Below are positions 59,709 to 64,000 of a DNA stretch of 64,000 nt, piece by piece. The stretch is from an uncultured Candidatus Saccharibacteria bacterium (GTDB taxonomy: Bacteria; Patescibacteriota; Minisyncoccia; Phycocordibacterales; UBA918): the NCBI GenBank assembly GCA_964350645.1, contig CAYGJY010000001.1, positions 142,316-206,315 of the forward strand, in the 5' to 3' direction. The position numbers and the translations under genes are program-made. The first letter of the stretch is position 1. Every line of letters begins with the position of its first letter. The notes below the pieces were generated by a model that saw only the letters and a list, made by a program, of their open reading frames with translations, was not told the origin of the DNA and did not search any database.

Positions 59709-60302
59709 ATGTTTACCGGGATTATTGAGACAACAGCAAATATTACAAAGCGGACAAACATAGCTGATGTGTTGACCTTAGAAATTTCCAAACCGGTTGA
59801 CTGGGAAGTAAGTATTGGACAGTCGATTGCAGTTAATGGGGCCTGTCTGACTGTTGTGATTTTTGATGAGACAACATTTACTGTCGAACTCATGACTGAG
59901 ACCTTAACAAAGACAACCTTCGCAGATGAAGGGTTGGTTACTGTTAACCTCGAACGAGCAATGCCAGCCAAGGGTCGCTTTGAGGGACATATTGTTCAGG
60001 GGCACGTCGATACAGTCGGTTCAATTAGATCAGTTGATGTAACCGAGCAAAGTTGGCTTATATGGGTGTCGTACGATCCGAGTTTTGATTATTTAGTGGT
60101 TGAAAAGGGTTCGATTACTATCGATGGTATAAGTCTTACCGTCATTGATACGATACCGGGGGGATGCTCAGTGGGCATTATTCCACATACATTACAGATG
60201 ACTGCTCTTTCTACCAAGGAGGTGGATGCTGCAGTTCAGCTAGAGTTTGATATTATTGGTAAATATTTGCATAAAAAATTTGATTATGGCCGACCACAAT
60301 GA
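59709..60302 (+). CDS. ribE: Riboflavin synthase (alpha chain)
   Basis: MFTGIIE, SIAVNGACLTV, VNLERA, GHIVQGHVD and KGSITIDGISLT motifs. Confidence 0.95.
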   Translation: MFTGIIETTANITKRTNIADVLTLEISKPVDWEVSIGQSIAVNGACLTVVIFDETTFTVELMTETLTKTTFADEGLVTVNLERAMPAKGRFEGHIVQGHVDTVGSIRSVDVTEQSWLIWVSYDPSFDYLVVEKGSITIDGISLTVIDTIPGGCSVGIIPHTLQMTALSTKEVDAAVQLEFDIIGKYLHKKFDYGRPQ

Positions 60303-60756
60303 TGCTGCTTTCTTAGAACCATTTGACGCCAGCTCCTACCGAGTAGGAATTGCTGTTGGGTTGTTCAATGGTCATATTACAAAGCCGATGGAAGAATTGG
60401 CTATTAAGACGTTGACTGAAGTGTACCAAATCCCTCGCGATCAGATCACGGTGATCGAGGTAGCTGGCGCCGCGGATATGCCGGTGGCGCTTGAAGCCTT
60501 GGCTCGTCGTGACGACATTGATTGTCTTATGAGTATCGCTTGTATCATCCGCGGCGCCACTGCTCATTTCGATTTTGTCGCTAAGATTGTGACTGAAGCC
60601 GTTAAGGATGTGCAACTTTCGCACTGTAAACCAGTTTCATTTGGTGTACTTACGACTGATACTGAGGGTCAGGCAACGAGTCGAATTGAACATGCTGCTG
60701 GCTATGCTGCCGCTTCTGTTCATGCGTGTAAGCAGATTAATCAACTAGATTCATAA
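60286..60756 (+). CDS. ribH: 6,7-dimethyl-8-ribityllumazine synthase
   Basis: FNGHIT, VAGA, IRGATAHFDFV and PVSFGVLT motifs. Confidence 0.9.
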   Translation: MADHNDAAFLEPFDASSYRVGIAVGLFNGHITKPMEELAIKTLTEVYQIPRDQITVIEVAGAADMPVALEALARRDDIDCLMSIACIIRGATAHFDFVAKIVTEAVKDVQLSHCKPVSFGVLTTDTEGQATSRIEHAAGYAAASVHACKQINQLDS

Positions 60757-60758
60757 TT

Positions 60759-61961
60759 ATGTCTACCGTTCAAGCACTTACTTTTGATAAAGATACTGAT
60801 GGTTGGGAAGCCAGTACTGGTTTTGTAAAGCGTGAAGTCCCTATGCCGGTACTTGATGAAGACACACATCCAGATGATGCGATTTCGGTAATTCTGAAAA
60901 TTCAGTATGCGGGTGTCTGTGGTACGGATCGTGGCCTTTGGTGTCGGTGTACCTTTAAGGACCTGGTACATGATTCACTCGAGCGTGAAGGGAAGTCGAT
61001 GCGGATTATGGGGCATGAGTTCGTCGGTGAAGTAGTAGAAGTTGGTTCAATGGTAAAGCGGATCTATGAAGATGCAGACCCATTGAATAAAGCTAAGGTA
61101 GAAGTAGGAGGTCTAGTGTCAGGTGATTCACACGTGACCTGTGGACGCTGTTTTCAGTGTCGTGTCGGCGAAGCTAACGTTTGTATGAATGAGTCAATTC
61201 TCGGTATTTCGATTGACGGGATTTTTGCTGAGTACGTTAAAGTACCGGCTAAAAATCTCTGGCCAATTGATCTCGATCGGATTCGTCCAGAGATTGCTTC
61301 GATTATGGATCCATTTGGTAACGCTGTACATACTGCCACTAAGGTAGATTTTCGTGGACAGCGAGTCGCTGTGTTCGGTTGCGGACCGATTGGTTTGTTT
61401 ACTATTTTGCTCGCACAAAACTTCGGCGCTGCCAAAATCATCGCTGTCGATACTAATGAAGACAACCTCAAGATGGCGAAAGACCTTGGGGCACACGAAA
61501 CAATTTTGATTGATACAAAAAAAGAACGAACCAACAATTATCACGCTGACGCTGAAGTGATTGATCGAATTATGGAACTCACCTACGGCAAAGGAGTTGA
61601 TGTCTCACTTGAAATGGCTGGACCATTTTCGTCAGTTAATAACGCTATAGATGCGACCCGTCGTGGTGGGGAGGTAGTTTTCTTTGGTCTTAAAGATGGT
61701 GATCTTACAATCCCTAAGTTTAACCGTGTTATCGCCCGTGGGCTCACGTTCCACAATGTCATCGGTAGAGAAATTTTCCGGACTTGGCAGGTTGCTCAGC
61801 GTATCCTGTCAAACAAAGATAATGGTATTCAAGATGCTATCTGGAATGTCATTCTCAAAGGTGGAAAGGGGACGTTGCTACCGTTTTCAACGTTCACTCC
61901 TGAAGCATTTGAAAAAGCTATGGCTGAACACCCAAAAGTAATCTTTGATATGCAAAATTAG
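60759..61961 (+). CDS. tdh: Zn-dependent L-threonine 3-dehydrogenase-like
   Basis: GVCGTD, GHEFVG, CGRCFQC...C, DPFGNAVHT and GCGPIG motifs; adjacent to kbl. Confidence 0.82.
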   Translation: MSTVQALTFDKDTDGWEASTGFVKREVPMPVLDEDTHPDDAISVILKIQYAGVCGTDRGLWCRCTFKDLVHDSLEREGKSMRIMGHEFVGEVVEVGSMVKRIYEDADPLNKAKVEVGGLVSGDSHVTCGRCFQCRVGEANVCMNESILGISIDGIFAEYVKVPAKNLWPIDLDRIRPEIASIMDPFGNAVHTATKVDFRGQRVAVFGCGPIGLFTILLAQNFGAAKIIAVDTNEDNLKMAKDLGAHETILIDTKKERTNNYHADAEVIDRIMELTYGKGVDVSLEMAGPFSSVNNAIDATRRGGEVVFFGLKDGDLTIPKFNRVIARGLTFHNVIGREIFRTWQVAQRILSNKDNGIQDAIWNVILKGGKGTLLPFSTFTPEAFEKAMAEHPKVIFDMQN

Positions 61962-61981
61962 CAGTAGACATAACGTAATGT

Positions 61982-63166
61982 ATGAATCAGAAATTTACCG
62001 ACCATCTCACCAAAGAAATTGAAGCTATCAAAGACGCCGGTGTCTACAAGAGCGAGCATGTTATGGAGTCACCACAAGGACGAACCGTGACAGTAGGAGG
62101 CAAAGAATATATAAACTTCTGCGCCAACAACTACCTGGGTCTTGCAGGTACTAAATTGCTGGAAGAAGCTTCTGAGGCAGTCTTGAAACAGTGGGGCTAT
62201 GGTCTGGCCTCAGTGCGGTTTATCTGCGGCACGCAGACGATTCATAAAGAGCTTGAACAGAAAATGGCAGAATTTGTAGGGACCGAAGACGCTGTGCTGT
62301 ATTCATCATGCTACATGGCCAACATTGGCCTGATGCAAACGTTCTTTACCGACGAAGACGCAATTATTTCTGACGCCCTCAATCACGCTTCGATTATCGA
62401 TGGCGTCCGTCTGACTAAGTCAGAACGTCATATTTACGAACACCTGAACATGGCTGACTTGGAGGAGAAGCTCAAAGCGACGCAGGATAAGCGGTATCGC
62501 CTGATAGCGACTGATGGCGTCTTCTCGATGGATGGGCATATTGCACCACTGAAAGAAATAGTGGCGCTAGCGAAGCAGTATGATGCCTTGGTGTATGTTG
62601 ATGACGCGCACTCGACTGGAGTGATGGGCGAGACTGGTCGAGGCACAGCTGAGGCGTGTGGAGTACTTGGCGAAATTGATTTTATTGTTGGTACGTTCGG
62701 GAAGGCACTCGGTGGTGCTGGGGGCGCTTTCACAGCTACATCTGCTAAAGCTGCCGAGTACTTACGTCAAAAGTCTCGCAGCTACCTTTTTTCTAATAGT
62801 CTCGACACGGTGATTACTGGGATGTCTATTTTTGTGATTGATCATCTGCAAGCACATCCAGAATTACTTGATACCTTATGGAGTAACACTAGGCGTTTTC
62901 GAGAAAAAATGACCGCCGCGGGCTTCACTGTCTCAGACGCACCACATCCGATTACCCCAATTATGATCAACGACGAAGCCAAAACCGCCAAGTTGGCTGC
63001 CAAGCTCTTCGAAGAGGGGATATATGCAGTTGGTTTTACCTATCCAGTGGTACCAAAAGGCACTGCTCGTATCCGGGTACAGATCTCAGCAGCGCACACT
63101 GAAGCTGATATCGATCATGCGGTAGAGGTGTTTACCAAAGTGGGAAAGGAGTTTGGGGTGATTTAA
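61982..63166 (+). CDS. kbl: Glycine C-acetyltransferase (2-amino-3-ketobutyrate CoA ligase)
   Basis: NFCANNYLGL, SVRFICGT, DALNHASIIDG, TDGVFSMDG, GTFGKALGG and ARIRVQISA motifs. Confidence 0.93.
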   Translation: MNQKFTDHLTKEIEAIKDAGVYKSEHVMESPQGRTVTVGGKEYINFCANNYLGLAGTKLLEEASEAVLKQWGYGLASVRFICGTQTIHKELEQKMAEFVGTEDAVLYSSCYMANIGLMQTFFTDEDAIISDALNHASIIDGVRLTKSERHIYEHLNMADLEEKLKATQDKRYRLIATDGVFSMDGHIAPLKEIVALAKQYDALVYVDDAHSTGVMGETGRGTAEACGVLGEIDFIVGTFGKALGGAGGAFTATSAKAAEYLRQKSRSYLFSNSLDTVITGMSIFVIDHLQAHPELLDTLWSNTRRFREKMTAAGFTVSDAPHPITPIMINDEAKTAKLAAKLFEEGIYAVGFTYPVVPKGTARIRVQISAAHTEADIDHAVEVFTKVGKEFGVI

Positions 63167-63221
63167 TCCTCATTGCTAATATTATTGCCAAAGTTATACA
63201 TGTGGCCGAATGATATTGATT

Positions 63222-63941
63222 TTAAGTATCTTTTTCTAAATGCAGTGGACGACTTAGCTTAAAGGATAAACTAAATGTATCGCGCAGTTCATCTCGGCTG
63301 TATCCAATATCACTTATAGTGCCAGTGTAACCGATTATATAGGCATATTTATGAGGGTACTCTTTTGAGTCCGACGGGGGTACAAGAACATACGCATCGT
63401 CTTCAGAAACTTTATCGGCTGGCTTGGTGTTCTCATAGATTTCTTTTTCCTTAGGATTAGAAAATGTAAAGCCATTTTTCAAAGCCCAAGAAACAATATA
63501 AACATTGCCACTCGTAAGGACAAGTGGCCTCTCTGGAAGGACAGCTTTTTCAATCAATATCTTCATCATATCTATCGCTTTATGTAACAACTCGGTACCA
63601 GATACACCCCGCTCTCTTATAAGAGATTCCCGGTGTACCAGATTGATTTCTTCTTTTCCCCATATAAATTCAAAGGCAGCTTGTTCTACTAGTTCGTCTT
63701 CGCCGTTTTCTTCAAATACAGTAAGTGTTAGATATGGAAATGATGTATGACCGTCACTGAGACTGAGTGCTCTAATTATAAGCTGGACACTTTTCCCTAA
63801 ATGTTCAGTGTAAATTGTTTCGTCGGTTCTTGGATTCCATCCAGCACTCAATAATTCTGATAGATTTAAATTTTCCTGAATAATAATTGGACTAATCGAA
63901 AGCTCTTGTCTTTGAGGTAGTTCGTTATTAAATAAATTCAT
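63222..63941 (-). CDS. Hypothetical protein immediately downstream of tRNA-Ala
   Basis: 239-aa AT-rich ORF; likely start MNLFNNE, because the longer ORF-track start lies inside the tRNA. Confidence 0.6.
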   Translation of the reverse strand: MNLFNNELPQRQELSISPIIIQENLNLSELLSAGWNPRTDETIYTEHLGKSVQLIIRALSLSDGHTSFPYLTLTVFEENGEDELVEQAAFEFIWGKEEINLVHRESLIRERGVSGTELLHKAIDMMKILIEKAVLPERPLVLTSGNVYIVSWALKNGFTFSNPKEKEIYENTKPADKVSEDDAYVLVPPSDSKEYPHKYAYIIGYTGTISDIGYSRDELRDTFSLSFKLSRPLHLEKDT

Positions 63942-63947
63942 ACGTTG

Positions 63948-64000
63948 TGGACCCGCGGGGAATCGAACCCCGAACTCATCCATGCCATGGATGTGTGTTA
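63948..64000 (-). tRNA. tRNA-Ala(GGC), 5' part beyond window edge
   Basis: Reverse complement shows anticodon arm CATCC-ATGGCAT-GGATG, T-arm CGGGG-TTCGATT-CCCCG and acceptor 3' strand CGGGTCC-A (U70 of Ala identity); CCA not encoded. Confidence 0.9.

Noticed and set aside
63942-63983. N-terminal 14 aa of the 253-aa ORF
   Set aside because: They overlap the tRNA-Ala T-arm and acceptor stem; the ATG at 63941 is more plausible.
1-64000. CRISPR array, integrase, transposase or prophage genes
   Set aside because: No regularly spaced direct repeats and no recognisable recombinase, transposase or phage structural motifs were seen. The PD-(D/E)XK domain belongs to the helicase and is not a Cas4.

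Overview
Gene-dense window that looks like a Patescibacteria (CPR; Parcubacteria-like) chromosome. This is an inference from the compact RpoB, the scarcity of Shine-Dalgarno sites, the Cys-rich surface-protein motifs and the patchy metabolism. The core genes are trmD, folD, rpoBC, dnaG, rpoD, a UvrD-nuclease fusion, uppP, hisS, prmC, class I aldolase, rpmG, a GT4/GH57/GH15 alpha-glucan cluster, truB-like, pyrF-pyrE, prs, a partial riboflavin operon, tdh-kbl and a truncated tRNA-Ala(GGC). They flank an accessory block at about 21.4-37.8 kb. The best candidate for an undescribed system is a four-gene minus-strand operon at 23672-28604. It encodes a 510-aa protein carrying a Cys/Ser/Thr/Gly-rich core-like motif (CAGGCSGCTGSCSGGGDGG), a membrane-anchored beta-propeller, a stand-alone YcaO ending PHPFA and a SagB-type dehydrogenase. 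I found no free precursor peptide, no E1/RRE partner and no TfuA, so azol(in)e chemistry may be aimed at a large membrane/surface protein. A PGM1-like ATP-grasp, a methyltransferase, a sulfotransferase and other tailoring-type genes lie next to it. Other observations: an orphan structured RNA candidate, pervasive leaderless-type promoters, a catalytically degenerate signal peptidase, a DnaG without zinc ligands, rifamycin-resistance-type RpoB residues, an unannotated 25-aa membrane peptide and a family of long triloop hairpins. All calls come from reading motifs by eye; no database searches were run.
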